DNA of 64,000 nt from Candidatus Kapaibacterium sp. (lineage in GTDB: Bacteria; Bacteroidota; Ignavibacteria; Kapaibacteriales; UBA2268), in NCBI GenBank assembly GCA_963665665.1, contig OY762428.1, forward strand, positions 1,152,001 through 1,216,000, given 5' to 3'. The number at the start of each line of letters is the position of its first letter. The first letter of the stretch is position 1. The notes beneath the pieces were generated by a model that was not told where the DNA came from, made no database searches, and saw nothing but the letters and a program-made list of their open reading frames with translations. Both the position numbers and the translations under genes were made by a program. Positions 8,041 to 18,312 of the stretch are shown piece by piece.

Positions 8041-11000
8041 CTACTTCATCACCACAACCTTCTCTACAACAAACTCATTCCCCACTTTTACCCTGATATA
8101 ATATACCCCGTCAGGCAGGTTGGATATATTCAGCGAAGATATACCCGGGAACTCGACAAGTCCGGTCACATCCTGACCCAGGCGGTTGTAAATAGTAGTA
8201 TTTGATTCATTCAGCGGCATTTCAAGCCCTGAGATATTGAGAATAGAAGAAGCTGGGTTTGGGAAGATCAGGGCTGATTGCTTCGTTTCTTTCGATACTT
8301 CAGGTGTTGAGGCAATAATATTATCCGGAAGCTTAACCCTGAAAAGCTTGGCTCGGGATTCATACTCATTTATCGTCTCGGTTAGGAAAACAAGAACGCT
8401 GGAGCTGTCCGAATGAACAATCTGGGCAATTTTTCCGCTCAGCCCCTGAATGTAATAATCGTTAAAAATATGCAGATTTTTATCAAGAATAGTCAGAATC
8501 AGCTTGCCGTCTGTATCATTTCCCCCTGCTATAAGCAGGCTATCATTCAGATTGATAATATAATCGTATCCGTTAATGTTATCTCTTACTATTTTATTGA
8601 AATATTCACCTGCCGGCCCGACAGCCATAAAAGTCCCCTTTCCCTCGGTATCCTTTAAGGTTTTTCCACAGAATACATAACCGAAGTCCTTAATATGGCA
8701 GCCCTCCTCGGGACAGAATCCTTCGTAATTCAGCGTTGTATGCCATCTCTCGCCATCCTCAATATCAATTTCACCGAGATATGAATCGTCCGGGCAATAC
8801 CTTTTGAATAAAATAATACTGCTTTCTGTTTTGTTCAAAACGTGGTAGTGGCTCCATTCCTTAGCAAAAACGGAGTGGTTTTTTAATTCAACTTTTTTCG
8901 ATGGGCTTTCAACAAATACGCTTATTTGATCCCAATTGAAAGGGATAAATGCATGAAAATAAATATCATCGCTAAATTGGTAATAGAAATAATCTTTATA
9001 AGCCTTGCCAAAATGCAAAGTATCATCAGGCCAGTACCACCAAACAATTTTTCTACTTTTAACTATTCCGGTATCATTTAAGGTATAAATACTTGCATCA
9101 TACCAATCAGAATCAGTACTCATATTGAAAAGATATTTATTAATAGTAATATTTACATTATTGTTGCCAGAACCTGTAAGTACTCCTCTCAATTCTTCGT
9201 AATAGGCATCAATCATTTCAGGTTCATCTGATTTTAGATTGATATACTTCTGAGCCAGGTTGATTGGTTGAATATTTTTTTTCTGTAAGTTATAATCCAT
9301 CCAAATCAATTTGTAGGCGCTGTTTACATAATAATTGTCCAATTTTCTGTCATTATACGCTAATGCAGCAATCTCTCCATTAGCTAATTGCACAACTGAA
9401 TGAGCGTAGGAATTTGCATTATTATCAGGTAAAGTTGTAAGAGCCCGAATTTCAAATCCATTGTTTCCCTTTACAACTATGAAGTCTTCCTTTTTCAAAG
9501 TTCTTTCGGCACCATTATCAAATTTAACTGTGAGTGTTACATCATATAAACCATGATATTTATATATATGGGTTGGATTTTCCTCAGCGCTTGTTTCGCC
9601 GTCTCCAAAATCCCAGTACAGACTTTTGATTTTTCCCTCGGACAAATTATAAAATTTTACCTGAAGCGGAGCCTGTCCTTTAACTAAATCAGATTCGAAG
9701 TCAGCCCATACCGGATCAATAACAATAATTTCTTTTTCTGTAGTTGCCAGGTATTGGCCCTTTTGCCCATATAAGCGGGTAGTAAAAGTTTTCGAAATAT
9801 TGTAACTATGAACCGGATTTTCTTCAGTACTTTTTATCACATATCCGAAATCCCACAGATATCCATCAAAATCTCCCCATGAGTAGTTGATGAATTGTAG
9901 AACTGAATCACGTATATACGGTTTTTCAATAACCTCAAATGCAAGCTCGTTTTTTCTCGGCAGAAAATCATGCTTTAATATGATTAAATTATTGCCGGAA
10001 CCTAAAGCCATTTCCTGGATTTTTAAGGGATTGTAGCTATATGAAATCTTCTCTTTTCCGGGTATATCAGTTGAATACATTACTTTGTTAAAATTGAAGT
10101 CATAATAAGAAAGTCGGGTATACTTCTCGTCATCCTTATCAATTTCCTCACCTACGATCAGGAAATCGTTATTCCGTGAAAAAAAACAATCCTTGACATC
10201 ATTGAAACCTAATTCAGAAAAATCGTTTTTAATTAATGTATCAATTTCATCATCGGCAAGATGCCACAGGTAAAGGAGCCTGTTTTCAATAATCGCTGAA
10301 TAATACTTATTATCAACGGATTGGCAGGAATAAGTAACGAAATTGACAACCGGTTCGTTGTAGTCCCTTGCAAAATGATCGCGATAAAGTTTGAAAGTTT
10401 TCCCGGATATTCTATCAAAAAGAGTCAACCTGGATTCGTAATCAAATGAATTCCACCAATGTGCTCCACCTCTGTCGTATCTGTTCATATAAGTCAGATT
10501 GAAATCAGAATTTGAATTTTCGCCCCAATATCCAATTATTGGTTGCTCATTATATATCGAATCACCAGTTTCCAGATTGAAAACCTTATGGAAGTAATCA
10601 GCATCAATTGAACTACCATTGCCTTCAATTGTCTTAATATTTCTGAAAGCTGAAATGTGAACAATGAGGTTGGAATTATCAATTATTGGTTGCAAATATT
10701 TTGCCCCCTGACTAAACTCATAGTTTGATTCATCAGGTTTTTCAAAAACATTTAATACATGTTCAAGGGTATCAATATCAAGCCTGTAAATAATCATTCT
10801 GGCAAATTCCCCGAATTGGCCGCCCATATCATCCGTAAAAACAAAATACTTCCCGTCGCCACTTATATCCACTCCCAGTATATGGCTTTTCAGATCTTCC
10901 CGATTGTAGTACAAATACTCCTTAAAATCCTTCTCGAAAAGAATTTCTCCAGTTTCCCTGTCCCAGAATCGGAGGGTGGAGCCGTCGCTGAAAGTATAGA

Positions 11001-11157
11001 TTTTCTTTCCGTCGGCAGAGTAGCGAATAAAGGATAAAATACCGGCGTCCTGATCGTTCACCAGGTATTGGCCTTTATCAATCCAGTGGCTGTCTGCATA
11101 ACTATAAGCTGTTGTTATAAGCAGGAAGGATAGGATAAGAATTGGCAGCGCTTTCAT
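8041..11157 (-). CDS. Secreted WD40/beta-propeller + two PKD domains + T9SS C-terminal sorting domain protein
   Basis: Signal peptide; DGSTLRFWD WD motif; WDFG..ENP.H PKD motifs twice; IFPNPASS...GVYYIRV...KVVVMK CTD. Confidence 0.88.
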   Translation of the reverse strand: MKALPILILSFLLITTAYSYADSHWIDKGQYLVNDQDAGILSFIRYSADGKKIYTFSDGSTLRFWDRETGEILFEKDFKEYLYYNREDLKSHILGVDISGDGKYFVFTDDMGGQFGEFARMIIYRLDIDTLEHVLNVFEKPDESNYEFSQGAKYLQPIIDNSNLIVHISAFRNIKTIEGNGSSIDADYFHKVFNLETGDSIYNEQPIIGYWGENSNSDFNLTYMNRYDRGGAHWWNSFDYESRLTLFDRISGKTFKLYRDHFARDYNEPVVNFVTYSCQSVDNKYYSAIIENRLLYLWHLADDEIDTLIKNDFSELGFNDVKDCFFSRNNDFLIVGEEIDKDDEKYTRLSYYDFNFNKVMYSTDIPGKEKISYSYNPLKIQEMALGSGNNLIILKHDFLPRKNELAFEVIEKPYIRDSVLQFINYSWGDFDGYLWDFGYVIKSTEENPVHSYNISKTFTTRLYGQKGQYLATTEKEIIVIDPVWADFESDLVKGQAPLQVKFYNLSEGKIKSLYWDFGDGETSAEENPTHIYKYHGLYDVTLTVKFDNGAERTLKKEDFIVVKGNNGFEIRALTTLPDNNANSYAHSVVQLANGEIAALAYNDRKLDNYYVNSAYKLIWMDYNLQKKNIQPINLAQKYINLKSDEPEMIDAYYEELRGVLTGSGNNNVNITINKYLFNMSTDSDWYDASIYTLNDTGIVKSRKIVWWYWPDDTLHFGKAYKDYFYYQFSDDIYFHAFIPFNWDQISVFVESPSKKVELKNHSVFAKEWSHYHVLNKTESSIILFKRYCPDDSYLGEIDIEDGERWHTTLNYEGFCPEEGCHIKDFGYVFCGKTLKDTEGKGTFMAVGPAGEYFNKIVRDNINGYDYIINLNDSLLIAGGNDTDGKLILTILDKNLHIFNDYYIQGLSGKIAQIVHSDSSSVLVFLTETINEYESRAKLFRVKLPDNIIASTPEVSKETKQSALIFPNPASSILNISGLEMPLNESNTTIYNRLGQDVTGLVEFPGISSLNISNLPDGVYYIRVKVGNEFVVEKVVVMK

Positions 11158-11355
11158 TTCAGCTCCGTTCGGGGTTTTGCATTATCATTTCATATAATAA
11201 CACTAAAATATGAAAAAGGTCTCAGGATTCCTTAAAAATAATTAAATCCTGTAATTGTTATTATTTATGATATCCTGCCACATATCCCACTTTTGAAAAG
11301 CTATACCAGCTGTGAGACGCTTAGAAAAAATTTTTGCACTTATTCCCAGCCTTAA

Positions 11356-12075
11356 TCAGAAAATTTTCTCAGCCTCCCGGAAATCTTCAACTGTATCAAG
11401 TTCCATACAATTCAGGCTGCCAACGCTAACGGCAAAGATATGTTTGCCGCTATTGATCAACCTCTGAAATGCCGCCTCGTAGAAAATATTTACCATTTTT
11501 TCTTCAATAATCATTTCGTCCAGGAGTTGAAAAAGGCCGGTAGAAAAGTTAGCGCAGAATTTCTCAATCCCTATTGACTCACCCGCAGCCTCGGCAGGAA
11601 TAACTTCCTTACTTATCTCGGCTATGGAATAATCAGCATTCAGCAGAAGTTTTATTTCTTCATCAGCAACTTCCCCCTCGTCACGCATGGCAAGGCAGTT
11701 AGAATAATCAGAACTCAGCAGCCTTCCAATAATTTTCTCTTCAAAAAGAATATCGCTGTCCAGAAGCAGGAAATCCTCTCCGTCAGCCATTTCTTTCGTA
11801 AGCCACAGGGAATAAATATTATTAGTAGAATCGTAAACATCATTATAAATAAATGTGAACTTGTAATCCTCGTAGCGGGAAATTAAAAAATCTTTTATCT
11901 GTTCCTGCAGATAGCCAGTTACCACAATAAATTCTTTAATACCATTATTTATCAAGGCATTTATAGTTCTTTCAAGAATTGTTTTCCCGGAAATTTTTAA
12001 TAAACACTTCGGGGTATTTTCAGTTAAGGGACGCAATCGGGATGCAATTCCCGCAGCTAAAATCACGGCTTTCAT
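11356..12075 (-). CDS. LicC-like phosphocholine/phosphoethanolamine cytidylyltransferase family NTP transferase
   Basis: ILAAGIASRLRPLT..PKCLL, TNNIYSLW, LLDSD and ELDTVED motifs. Confidence 0.85.
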   Translation of the reverse strand: MKAVILAAGIASRLRPLTENTPKCLLKISGKTILERTINALINNGIKEFIVVTGYLQEQIKDFLISRYEDYKFTFIYNDVYDSTNNIYSLWLTKEMADGEDFLLLDSDILFEEKIIGRLLSSDYSNCLAMRDEGEVADEEIKLLLNADYSIAEISKEVIPAEAAGESIGIEKFCANFSTGLFQLLDEMIIEEKMVNIFYEAAFQRLINSGKHIFAVSVGSLNCMELDTVEDFREAEKIF

Positions 12076-12989
12076 ATTATTCGTTCCCGTTTAGTGTGTA
12101 AAAAATAAGATTGATACGATGAGTCAATAATTTTTTGAATTACAAGCAATATAATAGCAATAGCATTGGCTGCGGTAAGTAAGCCAATAATATAAATATC
12201 CAGCCTGTTCAGCAAAATGCAAATTATCAGGAAACTTAGCTGGCTGGTAGGGCCGAGATAAGTCCAGAAATGGATGATCTTTTTATTCTTTGCAACAAAT
12301 AGTTCTGCATCAGGGAATTGCATGAAAACGGATTCTTTTCCTGATGCCATTTTCCTTTGAATGCCGGAATAAAAGAAATAGATTCTAAGCAGCATTTTTT
12401 TTCCGGCATTTCCCGGATATTCTTTAAGTTGTTCATATTCCTCGCTGAATTCCCTTAGTTCTTCATCAAGAACACTCTTGCGGCTAAGTTTTATATCAAG
12501 GAAGCGATTCCTGTAGTAGTCAAGTAATGATGCATGAAATACATTGCTAAGCCCGGCAGCAATCATTAATAGCCACCAAATTGCGGGATTATCGGTATTT
12601 TGGGCAAAACCGAAACCGATCCCCATATAAGCAATTAGATTTACTACATAATCAGAAAGCCCGTCCAATACCCTTCCGATTGGCGTACCGTTTTTGTTTA
12701 TTCTTGCAAGCTGCCCGTCAGCACAGTCAAGAACATCGTATAGTATAAACAATATAGCGGCATAAACAAACAGGGATTGAACTCCTGTTGCCAGAAAAAC
12801 TCCGCCAATCACACCAAGGATCATAGCCCAAAGCGTAACCTGATTTGGCGTAATATCTGTGTTTTTAATAATTTTTACAAAAACAAATGCAAGAGGCCTG
12901 TAAAAAATCAGGTCGAGTATTTCCTCGACCTCGATTGATTTTAAAGACCCGATATATTCTTTTACTACCGAACTTTTTTCATTTCTCAT
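12072..12989 (-). CDS. CDP-alcohol phosphatidyltransferase family protein
   Basis: TPNQVT and DCADGQLAR-x7-GRVLDGLSD signature; multiple TM helices. Confidence 0.92.
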   Translation of the reverse strand: MRNEKSSVVKEYIGSLKSIEVEEILDLIFYRPLAFVFVKIIKNTDITPNQVTLWAMILGVIGGVFLATGVQSLFVYAAILFILYDVLDCADGQLARINKNGTPIGRVLDGLSDYVVNLIAYMGIGFGFAQNTDNPAIWWLLMIAAGLSNVFHASLLDYYRNRFLDIKLSRKSVLDEELREFSEEYEQLKEYPGNAGKKMLLRIYFFYSGIQRKMASGKESVFMQFPDAELFVAKNKKIIHFWTYLGPTSQLSFLIICILLNRLDIYIIGLLTAANAIAIILLVIQKIIDSSYQSYFLHTKRERII

Positions 12990-14011
12990 GCAAAATATTC
13001 TTTCATAGCTTCAATCAATTCTTTATTCTGTTCCTGTGTTCCAAGCGTAATTCTAAGATGATGGTTCAGAACTTCCTCGTTCATGAATTTTATTATCAGG
13101 TTCCTGGAATCCAGGTGTTTTTTAAGTCCTTCTTTCACGCTTTCCGGAATTTCAACAAGCATAAAATTGGCATGAGATTCAAATACGGTAAATCCCGGGA
13201 ATTTACTTAATTCTTCAGTGAACATTTTTCTGTCAGCAGCCATTTTCTCTGCCACCTGTTTGTAATATTCTCCCGAATCCAGAGCAGCAATTGCAATTTC
13301 CTCGTTAAGTCGGTTATAACCCAGATAGCGGTTAGTAAATTTTACGAGCTTGCTGATATTATCGCCAATAACAGCGTATCCAATCCTAAGGCCTGCCAAA
13401 GCAAAATATTTTGAAAATGTCCTTACAACCATCAGGTTGGGATATTTCCGGACAAGGTTGGCCCTTTCCACGAACCCGTCATAAGCATAAGCCTCGTCTA
13501 TAACGATGATTGCATCATTTATTTCATCAAGTATCCTGAGCAACTGGCCTTCTTCTATTGCATTACCGGTAGGGTTGTTAGGAGCTGAAATAAAAACCAT
13601 ACCCGGCTTTTCTTTCCTGTAAAGGTCAAGCAGCTTATCAACGTTATAATAAAAAGTATTCTCTCCCTTTTCGATAGGATATTCAACATTCACCCCGTCA
13701 ACTTCGTCGGCAATAGCCTTGTAATACCACCAGGAATAAGTGGGCACAAGAAGTTTGGCACCGTTACTAAGGTAGCATTGAACAGCCTGCTTCAATATAT
13801 CTTCGGCTCCATAACCAAGAACGATCCTGTTCTCCGGAAGGTCGAATTCCTCTGCAAGCCTTGCAGCCAGAATGCTTTTACTGCCTTTGGTAAATGATTT
13901 GGAATAACAGCTTATTTTTGAAATATCAGCATTTTTTAAAATATCAAAACATGCCGGTGCAGGCCCGTAGTAATTTTCATTTCTGTCCAGATATAATATT
14001 TCGTCTCTCAT
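12986..14011 (-). CDS. HisC/CobD-like PLP-dependent aminotransferase or decarboxylase (class I/II)
   Basis: LDRNEN..GP, PNNPTG, IDEAY, RTFSK (PLP Lys), LAGLRIGY and LRITLG motifs. Confidence 0.88.
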   Translation of the reverse strand: MRDEILYLDRNENYYGPAPACFDILKNADISKISCYSKSFTKGSKSILAARLAEEFDLPENRIVLGYGAEDILKQAVQCYLSNGAKLLVPTYSWWYYKAIADEVDGVNVEYPIEKGENTFYYNVDKLLDLYRKEKPGMVFISAPNNPTGNAIEEGQLLRILDEINDAIIVIDEAYAYDGFVERANLVRKYPNLMVVRTFSKYFALAGLRIGYAVIGDNISKLVKFTNRYLGYNRLNEEIAIAALDSGEYYKQVAEKMAADRKMFTEELSKFPGFTVFESHANFMLVEIPESVKEGLKKHLDSRNLIIKFMNEEVLNHHLRITLGTQEQNKELIEAMKEYFA

Positions 14012-14298
14012 ATTTATCCAAAAAAGTAAAACAATTTTCAGACTTAACTTTTGTTAGTTTTACGTGTATTTTCCCTTAAAAGTTCCAATACATCAACAAT
14101 CTGCATAAACTCATTAAAATTAATAAAATAATTTTCTTTTTTCAAATATGTTTGCCATATTCTTAACAAAAAACAAATAAAAATTATATTTATAATCTTT
14201 CCTGCAATTAAGTAATTATTTGAAGCCGGAAAAATGGAAAAACCACATCGATGGTTTCAGAAGAATTAAAAAATTGAACTAAATTCCAACAATATTAT

Positions 14299-14306
14299 TA
14301 TCTTTG
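14299..14306 (+). promoter_or_regulatory. FCB-type -7 promoter box (TATCTTTG) upstream of lpxC-fabZ
   Basis: Matches TAnnTTTG about 60 bp upstream of the start. Confidence 0.4.
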
Positions 14307-14367
14307 TATTTTGTATTTGCCAATGAAGCAATATTGGTATTTTTTGCAAAAATTGAAATTTTGATTA

Positions 14368-15768
14368 ATGGAAAAACAAAGAACAATAAGCAAATCAGTA
14401 TCCTTTACCGGAACAGGGCTACATACCGGCAAGGATTCAACAATAACATTCAACCCTGCAGAAGCCAATACGGGTTATGTATTTATAAGAAAAGACCTTC
14501 CCGGCCAGCCGGAAATTCAGGCCATTGTAGATAACGTGGTTGATATTTCACGGGGAACAACAATTGCAAACGGAGACGTGAAAGTACTTACTGTAGAGCA
14601 TGTACTTGCAGCTCTTGCCGGGCTGAAGATCGACAACTGCCGGATAGAACTATCGGAAAGCGAACCACCTGTTCTGGACGGCAGCAGTATGCCCTACGTT
14701 GATGCATTACTTACTGCAGGCATAACAGAACTTGATGCTGAAAGAGAATATTTCGTTATAGACGAATCAATCAGCTATTCCAACGAGGACAAAGGCGTGG
14801 AAATAGTTGCCCTGCCACTTGACGACTTCAGGGTAACGATAATGATCGATTATTTCAATCCTGCTCTTGGCAGCCAGCACACGGGATTATTCGATTTAGA
14901 AAAAGAATTTGTTAAAGAATTTGCACCTGCCAGAACATTCTGTTTCCTGACCGAGGTTGAACAGCTTAGAAAATCTGACCTGATAAAAGGCGGAAAACTT
15001 GATAATGCACTGGTAATAGTTGATAAAGACATAACCGAAAATGAAGTCGGCTGGATGATGGATACTTTCAATTTGCAGGAAGCTCCCACAGTTGGCAACA
15101 ACGGATATTTAAATAATACAGAATTAAGATACAAAAACGAGCCGGCAAGGCATAAACTGCTTGATATGCTTGGAGATATGGCATTGATAGGCATACCTGT
15201 AAAAGCGCAAATTCTTGCTGCAAGGCCGGGCCATGAAAGTAATATTGAATTTTCAAAGCTGGTTCGCAGGGCCTATCTGGAACAAAAGCGTGATAACCGC
15301 CTGAAACCATGGAAAAACAAAGGTATTCTCTGGGATATAAATGCCCTGATGGAATTCCTTCCTCACCGTTATCCATTCCTGCTTGTTGACAGGGTTATGG
15401 AATATGACAGAGAAAAGAAAGTTATTCTCGGATATAAGAATGTTACTTTCAACGAGCCATTCTTCCAGGGACATTTCCCAGGGCAGCCAATCATGCCGGG
15501 AGTACTGATCCTTGAAGCATGCGCACAGATGGCAGGCTTGATAATGCTGAACGAAATAGACGAACCTGATAAATATCTTGGACTCTTCAGCACCATAAAA
15601 AATGCGAAACTTAGAAAACCGGTTGTTCCCGGAGACCAGTTGGTAATTGAAGCCAGGATGTCCGGAAAGAGATTTAATATTTACTCATTTACTGCCACCG
15701 CCTATGTTAACGGCCAGGTAGTGGCAGAATCTGATTTTACAGCAGCTTTAGTTAACAGGGAACTATGA
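14368..15768 (+). CDS. lpxC: Bifunctional LpxC deacetylase / FabZ dehydratase
   Basis: GTGLHTG, TVEHVLAAL and HKLLD (LpxC); LPHRYPFLLVD and GHFPGQPIMPGVL (FabZ). Confidence 0.96.
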   Translation: MEKQRTISKSVSFTGTGLHTGKDSTITFNPAEANTGYVFIRKDLPGQPEIQAIVDNVVDISRGTTIANGDVKVLTVEHVLAALAGLKIDNCRIELSESEPPVLDGSSMPYVDALLTAGITELDAEREYFVIDESISYSNEDKGVEIVALPLDDFRVTIMIDYFNPALGSQHTGLFDLEKEFVKEFAPARTFCFLTEVEQLRKSDLIKGGKLDNALVIVDKDITENEVGWMMDTFNLQEAPTVGNNGYLNNTELRYKNEPARHKLLDMLGDMALIGIPVKAQILAARPGHESNIEFSKLVRRAYLEQKRDNRLKPWKNKGILWDINALMEFLPHRYPFLLVDRVMEYDREKKVILGYKNVTFNEPFFQGHFPGQPIMPGVLILEACAQMAGLIMLNEIDEPDKYLGLFSTIKNAKLRKPVVPGDQLVIEARMSGKRFNIYSFTATAYVNGQVVAESDFTAALVNREL

Positions 15769-16544
15769 ACGAAACTTTAATTCATCCTACAGCTATTGTT
15801 TCTCCAAAAGCTGAACTGGGCACGGGGGTTAGCGTCGGGCCTTTCAGCATAATCGAAGACGACGTTCAGGTAGGAGACAACACAGAGATACGATCAAGTG
15901 TGGTATTGGCAAACGGCGCAAGGATCGGTAGCGATTGCAGAATTCATTCATCATGCGTAATTGCTACAGAACCTCAGGATTTGAAATACAAAAATGAGAG
16001 AACTTACGCCTTTGTCGGAGACAGAACAGTGCTCAGAGAATACGTAACTGTTAACCGCGGAACAGTGGAAACAGGAAAAGCCGTTGTCGGAGACGATTGC
16101 CTGATAATGACTTACTGCCATGTGGCACATGATTGCCGTGTCGGTAACAACGTAATTATGTCCAACGTGAGCCAGCTTGCAGGGCATGTAACCATAGAGG
16201 ACTGGGTAATACTTGGCGGTGTAGCAAAGATACATCAGTTCTGTACTGTCGGCAGCCACTCCATGATCGGGGCAGATGTAAAAATAGTGAAAGATGTTCC
16301 GCCCTTCACACTTGTTGGACGCCAGCCAGCTAAAGTTGAAGGTGTAAATAAGATAGGCCTTAGAAGAAGGGGATTCAAATCCAAAACGATCAGGGCCATC
16401 GAAGAATTTTATGATACAGTTTTATTTTCGGGTATGAACAATACCGAAGGTATTAAGCATTACAAAGCAAAAGGAGACCTATTAGAAGAAGTAGAATACT
16501 GCATCAAATTTATCGAGAATTCAAAACGGGGAATTCACAGGTAA
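15765..16544 (+). CDS. lpxA: UDP-N-acetylglucosamine O-acyltransferase LpxA
   Basis: Hexapeptide repeats, PQDLKY, HVAHDC, HQF and GLRRRGF; ATGA overlap with lpxC-fabZ. Confidence 0.96.
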   Translation: MNETLIHPTAIVSPKAELGTGVSVGPFSIIEDDVQVGDNTEIRSSVVLANGARIGSDCRIHSSCVIATEPQDLKYKNERTYAFVGDRTVLREYVTVNRGTVETGKAVVGDDCLIMTYCHVAHDCRVGNNVIMSNVSQLAGHVTIEDWVILGGVAKIHQFCTVGSHSMIGADVKIVKDVPPFTLVGRQPAKVEGVNKIGLRRRGFKSKTIRAIEEFYDTVLFSGMNNTEGIKHYKAKGDLLEEVEYCIKFIENSKRGIHR

Positions 16545-16624
16545 TAGTGTCGGCTTTATTTTAGAATTGCACTATGGTATCCTACAAGTTTTCCATTTTT
16601 TTCAAAATTCATTCATTTTGGATT

Positions 16625-16652
16625 TTGACAGCTAATTTTTTTTTCTTATATT
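16625..16652 (+). promoter_or_regulatory. Sigma70-like promoter TTGACA-N16-TATATT
   Basis: Near-consensus -35/-10 about 95 bp upstream of the WbaP-like gene. Confidence 0.45.
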
Positions 16653-16747
16653 CAATTAGTTGATTATGAACTAACCGGGAAAACGCCTATTGAAGGATTG
16701 GGTACCATTAAACACAACTGTTTTTTGGGTACAAATAAGAAGAGCTA

Positions 16748-18223
16748 ATGGAAACTCCAACTCTTAAGCAAATCTCAAAGATTCTTAATTCTCCTTCATG
16801 GGAGCCACTTAAACAAACAAGTATCGCATACAGGAAACTGATTGTTTCCATGATTTATATTTTTGTTGATATGTTTGTTTTGTCAGCATCAATTCTCGGA
16901 GCTGTTCTGATCAGGAATTTTTTCATGTCTCCCGAGATAATGCTTGCCGATTACCTTACTTTGATGCCATTTATTCTGCCAATTTTCCCACTTGCGTACT
17001 ACTTCAGGGGGCTTTATCCCGGTTTTGGTATTGACGTGATTGAAGAATTGCGCACGCTTACCTACAGCACGTCCGTAGTGTTTGCTGTACTTGCCACAAC
17101 TACTTTTTTCTTTAACGGAACATGGGAATATTCCAGGCTTGCATTCATTCTTTCCTGGCTGATTTCACTTCCTGCTGTTCCGCTGGCCCACGCCGGGGTA
17201 AGAAAAATTCTTGCAGGAAAAGACTGGTGGGGAATACCCGTTATGATAATTGGTGCCGGCAGGGCCGGTGAAATGGTGATCAAATCCCTGAACAAGCATG
17301 TTCAAACCGGCCTCAGGCCAATAATTGCCGTCGACGATGATGTTGACAGGTGGGGATATATCAAAGATATTCCCGTCGTTGGCGGTTTGGATATTGTTCC
17401 GGAAATTTCCCGAAAACTTGGTATAGACCATGCTATCATTGCTATGCCACGGGTTTCAGGAAAACGTCAGCAGGAAATTATAATGACATATTCCAAGTAC
17501 TTTGAGCATACAACTGTAATACCAGACCTGTTCGGTATTTCAAGCCTTTGGGTTTCAACAAGAGACCTTGGCGGTATTCTCGGGCTCGAAGTTCAGCAAA
17601 AACTTATCAGGAAATCCTCTCAGCTCAAAAAGCGGATTTTCGATATTATCCTTTCATCCATACTTGGTTTGTTGCTTTTCCCTATATACCTTGTGGTTTC
17701 TGCTGCAATTAAACTGGATTCAAAAGGCAAGGTTTTCTTCCGACAGCTTAGAATGGGCATGAATGATATAAATTTCCAGATCATAAAGTTCAGGACTATG
17801 CATCTGAATGCCGAAAGCAAACTAAATGATATACTTGATAAAAATGAAGACCTGCGCGAAGAATACAATGTTTATCATAAATTATCAAATGACCCCAGAA
17901 TGACACGAATTGGCCGCCTGCTCAGAAAGTTCAGCATTGATGAACTTCCTCAGTTCATTAACGTACTAAAGGGCGAGATGAGCCTTATCGGCCCCAGAGC
18001 ATATCTCCCGACGGAAAAGGAGAAAATGGCAGGCCTTGATGAAATGATTCTACAGGTAAAACCGGGAATAAGCGGTTTGTGGCAGGTAACTGACAGGAAT
18101 CAGTCCTCCTTCGAGGAAAGAAACAATATCGATGTGTATTATATCAGAAATTGGTCGATGTTCCTCGATTTTTATATTCTGGCCCGGACAATTGCAGTGA
18201 TCCTGACAGGTAAAGGGGTATAA
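16748..18223 (+). CDS. Undecaprenyl-phosphate glycosyl-1-phosphate transferase (WbaP/WcaJ family)
   Basis: 4 TM + CoA-binding-like domain + KRIFD, KFRTM, DPRMTRIG, DELPQ, GPRAY and PGISGLWQV. Confidence 0.93.
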   Translation: METPTLKQISKILNSPSWEPLKQTSIAYRKLIVSMIYIFVDMFVLSASILGAVLIRNFFMSPEIMLADYLTLMPFILPIFPLAYYFRGLYPGFGIDVIEELRTLTYSTSVVFAVLATTTFFFNGTWEYSRLAFILSWLISLPAVPLAHAGVRKILAGKDWWGIPVMIIGAGRAGEMVIKSLNKHVQTGLRPIIAVDDDVDRWGYIKDIPVVGGLDIVPEISRKLGIDHAIIAMPRVSGKRQQEIIMTYSKYFEHTTVIPDLFGISSLWVSTRDLGGILGLEVQQKLIRKSSQLKKRIFDIILSSILGLLLFPIYLVVSAAIKLDSKGKVFFRQLRMGMNDINFQIIKFRTMHLNAESKLNDILDKNEDLREEYNVYHKLSNDPRMTRIGRLLRKFSIDELPQFINVLKGEMSLIGPRAYLPTEKEKMAGLDEMILQVKPGISGLWQVTDRNQSSFEERNNIDVYYIRNWSMFLDFYILARTIAVILTGKGV

Positions 18224-18242
18224 ATTTAATATATATTACAAT

Positions 18243-18272
18243 GGCGGAATTTTTAATATTCCGCCTTTTTTT
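18243..18272 (+). terminator. Rho-independent terminator
   Basis: ggcggaat...attccgcc stem followed by a T-run. Confidence 0.75.
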
Positions 18273-18312
18273 ATTTAAAGTTCTGTGCAAAATTCTATTA
18301 CAGTTACTCAAT

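Noticed and set aside
12986-14011. Calling this gene hisC or cobD
   Set aside because: Family motifs do not fix the substrate, and the operon context points elsewhere
18241-18312. ORF-track start at 18241
   Set aside because: It lies in the upstream terminator hairpin; the ATG at 18313 gives a proper signal peptide
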